Source: Burkholderiales bacterium | Lineage (GTDB): Bacteria; Pseudomonadota; Gammaproteobacteria; Burkholderiales; Ga0077523 | DNA length: 64,000 nucleotides | Direction: 5' to 3' | NCBI GenBank assembly: GCA_022843925.1 | Contig: JALHMS010000022.1 | Span: 19,083 to 83,082, forward strand | Shown here: one piece after another, positions 52,587 through 62,196 of the stretch | Layout of the letters: every line of letters starts with the position of its first letter | Position numbering within the stretch: position 1 is the first letter of the stretch | Position numbers and translations under genes: made by a program | Notes under the pieces: model-generated | What the model was told of the DNA's origin: nothing | Seen by the model: only the letters and a program-made list of their open reading frames with translations | The model's database searches: none

Positions 52587-53552
52587 ATGGACCGCACCGA
52601 ACGCTTCTACCGCATCCGCCGCCTGCTCGCGTCCCGCGCCGTCGTGCCGATCGACGCCTTCCTCGCGGATCTCGAGGTATCGCGTGCGACGTTCACCCGC
52701 GACGTCGAGTACCTGCGGGACCGCCTCAACGTGCCCATCGTGTGGGACCGCGCGGGGCGCGGTTACCGCCTGGCGCCCGGCGACGGCACCGAGCTGCCGG
52801 GTCTGTGGCTGGACCCGGACGAGATCCGGGCCCTGCTCGCGATGGCGGAGATGCTCGACTCCCTGCAGGCAGGCCTGCTCGCCGAGCACCTCGCGCCGCT
52901 GCGGTCACGCCTGTCGGCGTTCGCAACTTCCCACGGCCTCAGCGTCGAGGCAATTCAGCGGCGCGTCCGGCTCGTGGCGTCTCTGCCGCGTGCGACGGAC
53001 ATGCAGTCGATGCAGACGGTGCTGCATGCAGTGCTGGAGCGCCGGCGGCTGCGCGTGGACCACTTCCATCGGCTGCGCAACGCAGCCACGCGACGCGAGC
53101 TGTCGCCGCAGACACTGGTGTTCTACCGGAACGCCTGGTACCTGCAGGCGTGGTGCCATCTGCGGGAGGACGTCCGAGTCTTCTCGCTCGACGCGATGCG
53201 CGTGCTGGAGATCACCGACACCGCCGCCGTGGAGGTCGACCCGGAAACGCTGCGCACCCGTCTCGACGGTACCTACGGCATCTTCGACGGGCCCACCGTG
53301 CAATGGGCCCACATCCGCTTCTCCCCGCAGCAGGCCCGTTGGGTCGCCGCCGAACGTTGGCATCCACTCCAGCGGGGCACGCTACGCGAGGATGGCAGCT
53401 ACGACCTCGAGATCCCGTACTCCGATGATCGTGAACTGCTGATGGACGTCATGCGCTTCGGTGCAGAGGCCGAGGTCGTGGGACCGCCATCGCTCAGAGT
53501 GAGGATTCGAGATCTGCACGCGGAGGCTGCCGAACGCTATGGAGGAAGCTGA
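52587..53552 (+). CDS. WYL-domain (YafY-type) transcriptional regulator
   Basis: N-terminal wHTH (VSRATFTRDVEYLR), NAWYLQAWCHLR, C-terminal WCX-like region. Confidence 0.93.
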   Translation: MDRTERFYRIRRLLASRAVVPIDAFLADLEVSRATFTRDVEYLRDRLNVPIVWDRAGRGYRLAPGDGTELPGLWLDPDEIRALLAMAEMLDSLQAGLLAEHLAPLRSRLSAFATSHGLSVEAIQRRVRLVASLPRATDMQSMQTVLHAVLERRRLRVDHFHRLRNAATRRELSPQTLVFYRNAWYLQAWCHLREDVRVFSLDAMRVLEITDTAAVEVDPETLRTRLDGTYGIFDGPTVQWAHIRFSPQQARWVAAERWHPLQRGTLREDGSYDLEIPYSDDRELLMDVMRFGAEAEVVGPPSLRVRIRDLHAEAAERYGGS

Positions 53553-53975
53553 GCAGCGAGGCAGCACGTGCTGCCCGACTTCCATCCTAATTCGACCCAA
53601 GGATTCCCGCGACTCCGATTCTCGAGACAGAGAGAAAGACCGGACCACGACAAACCATACGCGACCTTCGCCGGAAATGCTCGGATGGATCCTTCCCGAC
53701 GCTCATCGCACTGCAGAGAATCCAAGGACTTCCTCCCCGATCGCGGAGGTGTTTCACCAACCAGTTAGGTCACTCCCTACGGAGGCTTGGGGTCGTTGAT
53801 TGCTTGATGCTCGGCGCCACTCCGAGTTGACTCCATACGCTGATGGCACGATGTGATCGAGAACTGCCGAACAATGGCCTGCGGCCTAACTGCAGCGTCA
53901 TGAATGTGCCTGCATGATGCAGGGGATTTCGATGCAGGCGACCATCGGTTGCCTTCACCACCAAGGTAACGACAC

Positions 53976-55697
53976 GTGCCTTACGTTCCGCCCAAGTGGA
54001 TCAAGCTCTCCGACGGCGAGACCTACGCCTTTGCGCCGCTACGCGCCCTCGAGCACCAGCGGCGCCTGTCGCTACGCCTGACCAAGGCGCCTAAGCCCCT
54101 CGACTACGCGCCGCTGTTCGACGTTCTTCTGTTCAACCCCTCGGTGGAAGAGTTCCACTTCATCGGGGAGACCTTCGATCGGTTCATGCGCCGTTGGCGC
54201 CGGAAGCACCCGGAGGACATGGACCGTCTGGCGGATTATTACCGCGAACTGCCTCCACGGTTCCACTTCTTCCTCAAGCACCTACCGCTGGTTCCACAGA
54301 ATCGGTTTGCCCTGGCCGTGGCAAGGCCGCCGTTCATCTCCACCCTGGCGGCCCGGATCGAGCAGTCGGGCACGCGCGCGGCTCCTGCGAGCCAGTGGAA
54401 GGCCACCATCGACGGACTCCGGCAGAAGGGGATCAGGGAAGATGAGATCGTCCAGTCCGGAATCCGCGAACGGCTTGGCGCCCTCGGTGCCGGCACAAGG
54501 GTCACCAGCCGGGATCTCGCGCGGCAGGTCACTCTCGCGCACCTCACGCCGGTGCTCATGGTGGAGTCGGCTCGGGCGTTCGACGCTCGGGCCGGCTTTC
54601 GGGACTGCTGCGAACGCATCGAGCCCCGGTTCCTGAAATGGCATGGGCAGATGGGCAGAGTCCGGGGCGCCAGGCACGTCGTCCGCTACCGCCACCGCAC
54701 CTTCGGCTACGTCATCCTCATGTCCCGATTCCCGAGCGATCTGGTGTCATTGGGCGGTGTGTGGTGGACCGTGCTCGACGAGAAGAAGCGCTTCCTCATC
54801 CAACCCGCGGAGGGCTTCGAGAATGCGGACGCCGCAATGGCGTTCGCGGAAGGCCATATCCGGGAGCGCTGCGCAGGCAGCGTCGGCAATACCCGAGCGC
54901 TGGAGCGCTGGCGGCATGCGGCCCTTCCTGGCGGCGATGACTATCGGGAGATCCTAGTCACGCTCCCCGACGTCACTGACTCTTACTGGGGTGCGCACTT
55001 CAGGACGCGCAACGTACTGGCGCACCTCCGCTGCAGTCTGCGAGTCGGCGAAGACGGACGGCGGGTTCTATTCCTCGATGAAGTGCAGAGCGACTGGGTC
55101 GCGGAAGCCGCGAGGCCGGCCGACCCCGCTCGCCCCGGCGACGTGCCAGCGCCACCCTTCCGCGGGGAATGGGTGCTGCTCTGCCTCAAGCTCATGCTGT
55201 GGTGGGCGCACGCCCGGGGCATCGATGGCTTGGCGTGGAGCCCCGCTGACTTGCAGGCGCAGCGCTGGGCCGGATACGGGCCACCGCTTGCACTCTACGA
55301 ACGTCTCCTTCCGGACGAGGCCGCCAAGCTGGCACGTACCCTGGGACTGTCGATCCAATCGATGACGTTGACCGTGCGTGCCGGTCAACGCACGGTCGAC
55401 GGCTATGACGATCGATGGTGGGTTATCAGCGGCGATGGGAAGCAGCTCACACGAGCATTCGGGCGGCAGACCCAGGCGGAGGTGTTCGCCGATCTAACCG
55501 ACGCCCGGACCGAATTGGTCGTTCCGGTCATATGGTTCGAGGGCCTTCCGGAGATTCGAGCTGTGCCGATGTTCGGGTTGGGTCAGGCGCGGGACTGGTT
55601 CGCCGCAGAGAAGCCACCGAATGGGCACGCCGGCGATCAACGACGGCCCCCGCCGCAATCAACGTCATCAACAGCCCCTCCGACCAACAGTGAGTAG
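53976..55697 (+). CDS. Hypothetical protein, paralogue 2 of 22388..24070
   Basis: 573-aa ORF colinear with paralogue 1. Confidence 0.8.
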   Translation: MPYVPPKWIKLSDGETYAFAPLRALEHQRRLSLRLTKAPKPLDYAPLFDVLLFNPSVEEFHFIGETFDRFMRRWRRKHPEDMDRLADYYRELPPRFHFFLKHLPLVPQNRFALAVARPPFISTLAARIEQSGTRAAPASQWKATIDGLRQKGIREDEIVQSGIRERLGALGAGTRVTSRDLARQVTLAHLTPVLMVESARAFDARAGFRDCCERIEPRFLKWHGQMGRVRGARHVVRYRHRTFGYVILMSRFPSDLVSLGGVWWTVLDEKKRFLIQPAEGFENADAAMAFAEGHIRERCAGSVGNTRALERWRHAALPGGDDYREILVTLPDVTDSYWGAHFRTRNVLAHLRCSLRVGEDGRRVLFLDEVQSDWVAEAARPADPARPGDVPAPPFRGEWVLLCLKLMLWWAHARGIDGLAWSPADLQAQRWAGYGPPLALYERLLPDEAAKLARTLGLSIQSMTLTVRAGQRTVDGYDDRWWVISGDGKQLTRAFGRQTQAEVFADLTDARTELVVPVIWFEGLPEIRAVPMFGLGQARDWFAAEKPPNGHAGDQRRPPPQSTSSTAPPTNSE

Positions 55698-56162
55698 CGG
55701 GATTCGATCGCGACCATTGATCCAGCGGCTGCGGGTTGTTGACTGCCTAGATCGGTCAACGATCGTCGAGTGCGCACTTCGTACGCACCTCTGGAGAGCG
55801 GTGCGCACGGGGACTGCGCACAATTGATCGACGATTGGCTGCCCTCGTTGATCGGATTGGGAATGCCAGTCGTTGGATGACGCCGCTCCGCTCCCGAAGG
55901 GATCTGTGCCCATACGGTACACGATGACGCCGTTGGCATCGGTGAAGAACAGGCGGACGGTTTCGACGCGCGGGTCGCGGTACAGCTGCGCCAGCACGGC
56001 GAGCTCGCCCGGGCCTTCTACTCTTCGTCCGACGAGCGAGACGCGCTGGTTGGCAGCGAAATCACGCAACAGGGGCTGACCATGTATGGTGGCCGTGGCG
56101 TGTAGGTCATCAACGCCGGCAGCGGCCGCCCGTCGGGCAGCGTCAAGGGCCGGTCCCGCCTG

Positions 56163-56300
56163 GCTTGAATCAGCCGGGACTCCGGCAAACAGGTCGAGCT
56201 GGGCGTCGTTTCGCCGGGATCGTCGTTGCTCAACGCTCAGGCCTCCGGCGTAGGCGGCGCCGGGTTCTCGGACTCCGTAGGCCGGCGCATAATCTTCTCC
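56163..56300. repeat. 138-bp direct repeat, copy 1 (copy 2 at 61476-61613)
   Basis: gcttgaatcagccgggactccggcaaacaggtcgagctgggc...aatcttctcc aligns without gaps. Confidence 0.9.
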
Positions 56301-56404
56301 TTCGCCCGCTTCTCGGCCAGGAGCTTGTCCGCCTTCCGGGACCGCTCCAGATCCTCGTTCTGCAGGTCGTGCATCTCCTGCGCGTCCATTAGCCTGTAGC
56401 TCAT
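56237..56404 (-). CDS. Small ORF nested out of frame within the polyvalent fragment
   Basis: AAGGAGGT SD then MSYRLMDAQEM...ENPAPPTPEA*. Confidence 0.55.
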   Translation of the reverse strand: MSYRLMDAQEMHDLQNEDLERSRKADKLLAEKRAKEKIMRRPTESENPAPPTPEA

Positions 56405-56651
56405 CGTCAACCTCCTTGATAACACCGTCGGTCTTGCCTCGCGAACTGCCGTTGTTACAGGTGAGCTTCGCCGGCATAGAGTCTGGCACCCCGTCGAGAA
56501 TGCCATCTGCAGGTAGGGCCCGGCTCCGGGGCGATGTCGCCCCTGGGGGCGAGGTAGTGGGTGAGATCGATGACGTACATGTGCGAGAGCGTCTCGTGGA
56601 GCAAGTGAAGCCCGGGGCCGTTCGACCGACGCTGGCGCTCGGTCGGGCGGC

Positions 56652-57332
56652 CTATAAAGCGGTGGCCGCCACGAATCGCACCGGAATTCCTGCCTTTTCG
56701 GCTGCGCGGTTGGCTTCGTCGATATCGCAGTGAAGTTCCGCAGCGAAATAGGTGCTACCTGGATGTTCCCCTTCGACCACCCTCACACCCAGTGCTTGTC
56801 GTTGGTCGATATCCATCGACTGGAAGAATTCCATGGCGGCACCTTGCGCCGTACCGCTCTTCGGCAGGTAGTCATCTTCAAATGCCCAGTTGGGCGGAGA
56901 CTCGAACCACTTCTCGATCTCCGGCGAGACCCACTCCTCGAACTCTCTGCTCGTCAGTGTGAGCAGCCAGGCCTCGACGCCGTCCTCAGGCTCTTCAGGC
57001 ATCGCGCGCAGACGTGCTTGCAGCGCCGCGAGTCGCTTCTTGTGACTGGTTCCGGCCTTCTGTGCTTCATGCGCGTCCGATGCAAGCTCGTCGCGAAAGT
57101 CCGAGTAGATTGAGTGAACCGCCCAAGCGAGCGGTTGACAGTAGTCCATCGCGTCAGCCAGCGCCTGAGTCGAGCCCGACCAGTCTTCGGCGACCTCCTC
57201 GTAGAACTCGGCACGGGTCTCGGGCTCGTAGTGCCCCAACATGCTCAAGGCCCCGCCGGAATCGACCTCGAACTCGGTCATTTGCTCTGTAACCGAGGGC
57301 GGGGCATCTTGTTTCTTCGGCGTCCTGCTCAT
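56652..57332 (-). CDS. Acidic hypothetical protein
   Basis: 226-aa ORF with GGAAGG SD; GEHPGSTYFAAEL. Confidence 0.7.
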   Translation of the reverse strand: MSRTPKKQDAPPSVTEQMTEFEVDSGGALSMLGHYEPETRAEFYEEVAEDWSGSTQALADAMDYCQPLAWAVHSIYSDFRDELASDAHEAQKAGTSHKKRLAALQARLRAMPEEPEDGVEAWLLTLTSREFEEWVSPEIEKWFESPPNWAFEDDYLPKSGTAQGAAMEFFQSMDIDQRQALGVRVVEGEHPGSTYFAAELHCDIDEANRAAEKAGIPVRFVAATAL

Positions 57333-57348
57333 CAGCGGGCCCTTCCTC

Positions 57349-58128
57349 TCAGATGGTGCTCGACGCTATCCGGCAGCAGCGCCGAATCCGCTCGGCGGTT
57401 TCAGAAAACGCGGGTAGCGGTGTAGCGTCCCCTTCCTGAAGATACAACCGTCGGTTGACCTCAACCATAACGGCCTCGACGCGCCCGTCCTCGCGATACC
57501 GGCTGGCTGGAACCAATGCTCCCGGGAACGGGTCGTCCAGGCTGACACTCCAGCCCTCCAGCCGGAATGCGGACACGAACGCCGCTGCCAATGCCTCGCT
57601 TGTGTGAAAGTCATCGGTACCGATGCAGATGTCGGGCCGAGGCTTCGATGGATCAGCCATCTCGTAAGGCAGCGCCACACTCGGGAAGCTGTGGCAGTCG
57701 ATTACCAGGCATCGCCCGTATCGATCGACTGCCATGGTGACCGCTTCCTCCAGTCGCGCGTGATGGGGGTGGTAGTAGTCCTGCATCAGCCACTCACGCT
57801 CGTCCTTCAGCAGACGTCGCCGCAGCGGCGTCAGGTGCGATGTCGCCGTGTAGATCGCGCCCATGCCGCGGGCGGCCATCGGTTCATCGATGTCATTCGG
57901 GAATCGCTCGACGTCCACCACGAGGCGGCTTACAGTCGAGCTGACGACCACGGTTTCCGATGACGGATCCGAGAAGATCGCCAGGGTCAGGTGGTCCGTC
58001 ATGCGGTCCAGTTCGCGCCCGAGTTCGGCATCGTCGAGCAGGAACTGCGAGCGTACGTCCGCTGGCACTGTCGTTGAATCGTGCGGCACGTGAAGGACGA
58101 TCCAAGGCGGGTAGACATCGCTCGTCAT
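57349..58128 (-). CDS. N-formylglutamate amidohydrolase family protein
   Basis: LHVPHDS, SRLVVDVERF, IDCHSFPS, RPDICIG, MVEVNRRLY. Confidence 0.9.
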   Translation of the reverse strand: MTSDVYPPWIVLHVPHDSTTVPADVRSQFLLDDAELGRELDRMTDHLTLAIFSDPSSETVVVSSTVSRLVVDVERFPNDIDEPMAARGMGAIYTATSHLTPLRRRLLKDEREWLMQDYYHPHHARLEEAVTMAVDRYGRCLVIDCHSFPSVALPYEMADPSKPRPDICIGTDDFHTSEALAAAFVSAFRLEGWSVSLDDPFPGALVPASRYREDGRVEAVMVEVNRRLYLQEGDATPLPAFSETAERIRRCCRIASSTI

Positions 58129-58859
58129 GGGTTGGGCAGTCCACGGTGCGATACGGCTAGCTGCCGATGCAACTCGTACGCGCGTTCGGCATCACCAGGA
58201 TGATCACCCTCAAACTTTCGCGCGACCCTCTCGTGATCCGTCCACACGGTTGCCCAGCCGTTGATGGATGTGGCGCCCGTGCGGTAGATCGGTCCGCTGG
58301 TCCAGCCGCCGATGACCGTCTTCTCTCGAACTTGAACGACCGGATGATTCGCGGCAACAAGTGTGTCAATCAGCTTTCGCGGTGAAGACTCCGCAGGAAT
58401 AGGCACGCCGCCGCGAGTCACGATTGCATAGACGATGCCGTCGTCCCACAGCAGGAGTGGCCCAGCAACGATTCGGGTAGGGTGCCTTCCAAGGATCGCG
58501 CATGCGATGGCTAGGCACGACTGGTCGATCGCGTGCGTGTCCCGGTCCAGAAGCTCCTTCGTCTTCAGATCCTTCTGCTGTGCCTCTGCCCGCAGCTCCT
58601 GAAGTGCCTCTTTGAGGCTCGTGGCTTCCTGCTGCATCTGGGGACGATCCGTGCCCGTGCGCTCCAGGAGCACGTCAAGGTCTCGAATGGCGCTCAGCTC
58701 GCGCATGACCGCCGCTCGCACGCCCACTTCCATCTGCTTCGACATCGATGCAATCAGGCTGCGAGTCCGGGACTTGGTCACCCGCAGGGTACCTGCGCGC
58801 AGCCAGCCCAGCCAGTACGAGCCGCTGATTATCTGCCCTTGCCACGGGCTGCTGTCCAT
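58125..58859 (-). CDS. Hypothetical protein
   Basis: 244-aa ORF with an ATGA overlap to the downstream gene; start uncertain. Confidence 0.5.
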   Translation of the reverse strand: MDSSPWQGQIISGSYWLGWLRAGTLRVTKSRTRSLIASMSKQMEVGVRAAVMRELSAIRDLDVLLERTGTDRPQMQQEATSLKEALQELRAEAQQKDLKTKELLDRDTHAIDQSCLAIACAILGRHPTRIVAGPLLLWDDGIVYAIVTRGGVPIPAESSPRKLIDTLVAANHPVVQVREKTVIGGWTSGPIYRTGATSINGWATVWTDHERVARKFEGDHPGDAERAYELHRQLAVSHRGLPNP

Positions 58860-58867
58860 ATCGATGC

Positions 58868-59571
58868 CTATCGCCTCGCAGAACTCGATAAGTGTGGTGG
58901 GGGCGTGCCCGCCTTGTGGATCGGCAAGCCGTACGCCGTGCTCGTCGGCAAGGTTCGTGATCTACTCGAATCCCGAGACGAGGTCGGTGAGCCAGTCGGC
59001 CCACTCGGTCGGACTGTCATCGCCGTGGCACACCAGGGTGAAGCCGCCGCGGGATTGCCCAATGCTCGGAAAGTCATCCTCTCGAAGCGTCGGGGGAAAC
59101 GTCTTCTTGCCCATGCAATCAACTCCTCACGCCCAAAGAAGCATGGCATTGGCCCACTGTGCACGATTCATCGCCCAGAAGGCGGTGTTGACGGCGATCA
59201 GGCGCCGAGTGCAGGGCGTTTGGAAGAAAGGTCACATAGGCCGGGCTGTTGTCGAGTTGTCTGGGGCACCATGCGCCGAAATGTGGCGGAAGGTCGTGAG
59301 GGGCCATCTCTATCTGCGCGAGGTCGTGCTCCGTCCAGCGGGAGGAGCCACCGCGCGGCTTCTCGTTCGCCATTGCCCGGCGAATGGTGCTGTTTTCCGA
59401 CTCCCGCATGGCCGGCGGCGCGATCTCGACGCGTATCCCGTAGTGCTCATGCTGGGGGATCAGGGTGTCGCTCTTCAGGCTGTCCTTGATGGTCGTCGGC
59501 GCGATCCCTGCCATCAGGTTGCCAAGCGGGACTCCGAGCGGCGCGGGATTCGGCTTCTTGTTCCAGAACAT
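58868..59571 (-). pseudogene. Probable degraded hypothetical gene
   Basis: Good SD plus MFWNKK start after the SNF2 stop, then fragmented ORFs. Confidence 0.35.
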
Positions 59572-59584
59572 GGTGGGTCTCCTC

Positions 59585-61249
59585 TCAGCCGGCCAGCGCC
59601 GTCTTGCGCACCTCGCGCACATGCTTGCACTCACCGCGATACTCGAAGCCTGGGCAGGTGCACTGCAGATGCCCGCCGCGACCGAAGGTCACGCGGTAGG
59701 ACTTGTTCGGGCTGCTCGAGCTCGGGAACTCCCAGGTGCCGGTCTCCAGCAGGGGCGCGTCGGCCGGCAGCGCGGCCACCATCTCGCCGATGATGTCGAG
59801 CCGAGCGCCTTCCTGGCCGGTCGCGCGGGCGGCCTTCGCTTCCTGGAGCAGGGCGGGGCCCAGTCGGGTGAGTTCTTCCTGGAGATCGTTCAGGATCGAA
59901 GCGTCCGGCAGTTCGTCTGCTTCCACCGCCTGCACTAGCCGCAGCTTGGCTTCCAGCAGGCGAGCGATGTAGCCGTCCAGCGTGCCGCTGGCCTGCAGGT
60001 ATTCCACGGTGACCTGCTTGTCCTGCCCGATGCGGTAGCAACGGTCCTCCGCCTGCAGGTGGTTGGCAGGCACCCAGTCAAGGTCCTGGAAGATCACGTG
60101 GGTGGCCGCAGTGAGGTTCAGGCCCACGCCGCCGGCGATCAGGTTGCACAGCATCACTGTCACGTTCGGATCCTTCTGGAAGGCGTCCATCGCAGCCATC
60201 CGCTGCTTCGCGGTATCAGCCCCCGTGATGCTTACGGCCTGGTCGCCCAGGGTCTTCTTGTGTCGGGTGATGCCGTCGGTGTACGACGTGAAGACGATGA
60301 CCTTCTGCCCAGACGCCACGACGTCCTTGATGCGCTCCGCGCAGGCCGCGTGCTTCGCCCTGTGCAAGGCAAGTCGCAATTTGGTGATCCGCGCCAGGAA
60401 CTCGGTGTCGTTGGGCCGGCTGGCATCGGAGCCGAGGAACCAGTTCAGGAAGCCCTCGTTCGCGTTCAATGCCGACTCGGTGTTGATCTGCACTGGCACC
60501 CAGGATCGGATCTTGGGCGGTAGGTCCAGTACGTCGTCCTTCTTTCGCCGGAGCATCACCTCCTTGAGCAGCAGATTCAGCTCAGCAAGGTTCGACGCAC
60601 CATCGGTCACCCAGCCGTAGTTGTTGCGGTAGGCGCTGCAGTACTGGCGAGCGAAGGCGATGAAACTGCGCGCGGCCGGATGCCCCACCGCCCGCAGCAG
60701 GTTGAATAGATCGCGGGGGCGATTCGGCATCGGCGTGCCGGTGAGCAGGAACACCAGGCGCGGCTCGGACACGCGGGCGCGCTTGTCGTCCGACACGCCC
60801 AGGATCTTCAGCGCCTGCGATGAGCGCTGGCTGGCGTTCTTGATGAAGTGCGCTTCGTCCAGTGCCACTCCAGTCCAGGGTACGGCGCGCAGCCGCTCCC
60901 CGTGCCGGGCGAGCAGATCGTAGTTGACGATCACCCACTGAGGCTGCGGGTGCGCGTACCCGGCAACGCCGAGCACCTCGATCCGGGCGGACGGGTCGAC
61001 CACGCTTATCTCGCGCGCCCAGTTGAGCTTGAGCGAGGCGGGGCAGATGACGAGGAAGACGCCCCCTGGGGCGGATTCCTTCATGGCGATGATGGCCTGG
61101 CGGGTCTTGCCCAGGCCCATGTCGTCGCCCAGGATTGCGCGGCCACGCTGGGCCAGGAACTCCACACCGGTGACCTGGTGCGGATAGAGCGCGTAACGCG
61201 CGAGGTTCATGCTGAACTCGTCTTTAGCAGTGGTTGAGCCGGTTGGCAT
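59585..61249 (-). CDS. SNF2-family (HARP/SMARCAL1-like) helicase with C-terminal SWIM zinc finger
   Basis: GDDMGLGKT, DEAH, LTGTP, QAEDRCYRIGQ, CTCPGFEYRGECKH; start may be 61210. Confidence 0.9.
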   Translation of the reverse strand: MPTGSTTAKDEFSMNLARYALYPHQVTGVEFLAQRGRAILGDDMGLGKTRQAIIAMKESAPGGVFLVICPASLKLNWAREISVVDPSARIEVLGVAGYAHPQPQWVIVNYDLLARHGERLRAVPWTGVALDEAHFIKNASQRSSQALKILGVSDDKRARVSEPRLVFLLTGTPMPNRPRDLFNLLRAVGHPAARSFIAFARQYCSAYRNNYGWVTDGASNLAELNLLLKEVMLRRKKDDVLDLPPKIRSWVPVQINTESALNANEGFLNWFLGSDASRPNDTEFLARITKLRLALHRAKHAACAERIKDVVASGQKVIVFTSYTDGITRHKKTLGDQAVSITGADTAKQRMAAMDAFQKDPNVTVMLCNLIAGGVGLNLTAATHVIFQDLDWVPANHLQAEDRCYRIGQDKQVTVEYLQASGTLDGYIARLLEAKLRLVQAVEADELPDASILNDLQEELTRLGPALLQEAKAARATGQEGARLDIIGEMVAALPADAPLLETGTWEFPSSSSPNKSYRVTFGRGGHLQCTCPGFEYRGECKHVREVRKTALAG

Positions 61250-61315
61250 GGGCCTGCAATTCGGATGAACTCGCCCCGGAAACGTGGTGTGACGGTGATA
61301 AGTTAGGGTGCCCCA

Positions 61316-61332
61316 GGCTCATCAGATGAGCC
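61316..61332. promoter_or_regulatory. Palindrome matching the WYL-type operator core upstream of the SNF2 gene
   Basis: ggctca-tcaga-tgagcc. Confidence 0.55.
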
Positions 61333-61475
61333 AGCCAGGCTCGATGCTTGGCAGTTTTCCCACGGAAGGTCGAGATCGTCCCGACCAAAGTGACCATAGG
61401 CTGCCGTCGGGTAGTAGATCGGTCGCTGTAAATCGAGGCACGGGTCAGTTCTGGGCGAACGTCAGCAGCCTGCTA

Positions 61476-61613
61476 GCTTGGATCAGCCGGGACTCCGGCA
61501 AACAGGTCGAGCTGGGCGTCGTTTCGCTGGGATCGTCGTTGCTCAATGCTCAGGCCTCCGGCGTAGGCGGCTCCAAGCTCTCTGACTCTGCAGGCCAATA
61601 CTGAATCTTCTCC
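61476..61613. repeat. 138-bp direct repeat, copy 2
   Basis: See 56163-56300. Confidence 0.9.
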
Positions 61614-61816
61614 GGCAGCGCCATCTCGAACTCCGCCGGTATTGGATCCGGCGCCCTGTCCGGGTAGGCGAATCGCAGGTAGTTCTCCCGAGCAAGAGAA
61701 ATATGCCGATTGGCGAGGTGCGCCTCGATCGCGTTGACTCCAGGCCGGGGCGGCGAGGCGATGAGCGAGTCTAAGGGTCCGCCCTCGGGCGTCGTCTTCG
61801 GCGATTTGTCCGTCAC
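61550..61816 (-). CDS. Small ORF nested out of frame within a second polyvalent-type fragment (61473..62015)
   Basis: GGAGGAG SD then GTG: VTDKSP...EKIQYWPAESESLEPPTPEA*. Confidence 0.5.
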   Translation of the reverse strand: MTDKSPKTTPEGGPLDSLIASPPRPGVNAIEAHLANRHISLARENYLRFAYPDRAPDPIPAEFEMALPEKIQYWPAESESLEPPTPEA

Positions 61817-62196
61817 GATAGCTCCTCCAGAGGTCGTCCACGGCAATGCGGAGGCGCTCGTCGCGCTTCTGCTCCGGTTGGAAAAGGCCGCTCACTGCTG
61901 TCGATCTGATCGATTGCAACCCCTCGAAACGATGCCACGCGATGGCAGGCTTCGCTGCGCTTCCCTGGGGCGCTTGGCCGCTACGGGCAACCGCAACCGC
62001 CATCCCCTCGATCAAGCAAATCCCTCCCGTACTTCAGCAGGAACTGGTCCATTGGTTTCTGATGAGCCCGCTCTGGATCAAACGTCGCGCCCTTGCAGTT
62101 GTGTGCGCTTGCCGGCCCGAAAAGCATCTACGACGATCGGTGCTCCGACTTACGAAGGGACGCTATCCGATACGAATCGGTGTGGCGACCAACGTT

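Larger units (their letters stand above)
55905..56489 (-). pseudogene. Fragment of a large polyvalent-type protein (start of a JAB/RadC-like domain)
   Basis: LAVLAQLYRDPRVETVRLFFTD segment, truncated afterwards; family call from memory. Confidence 0.45.
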
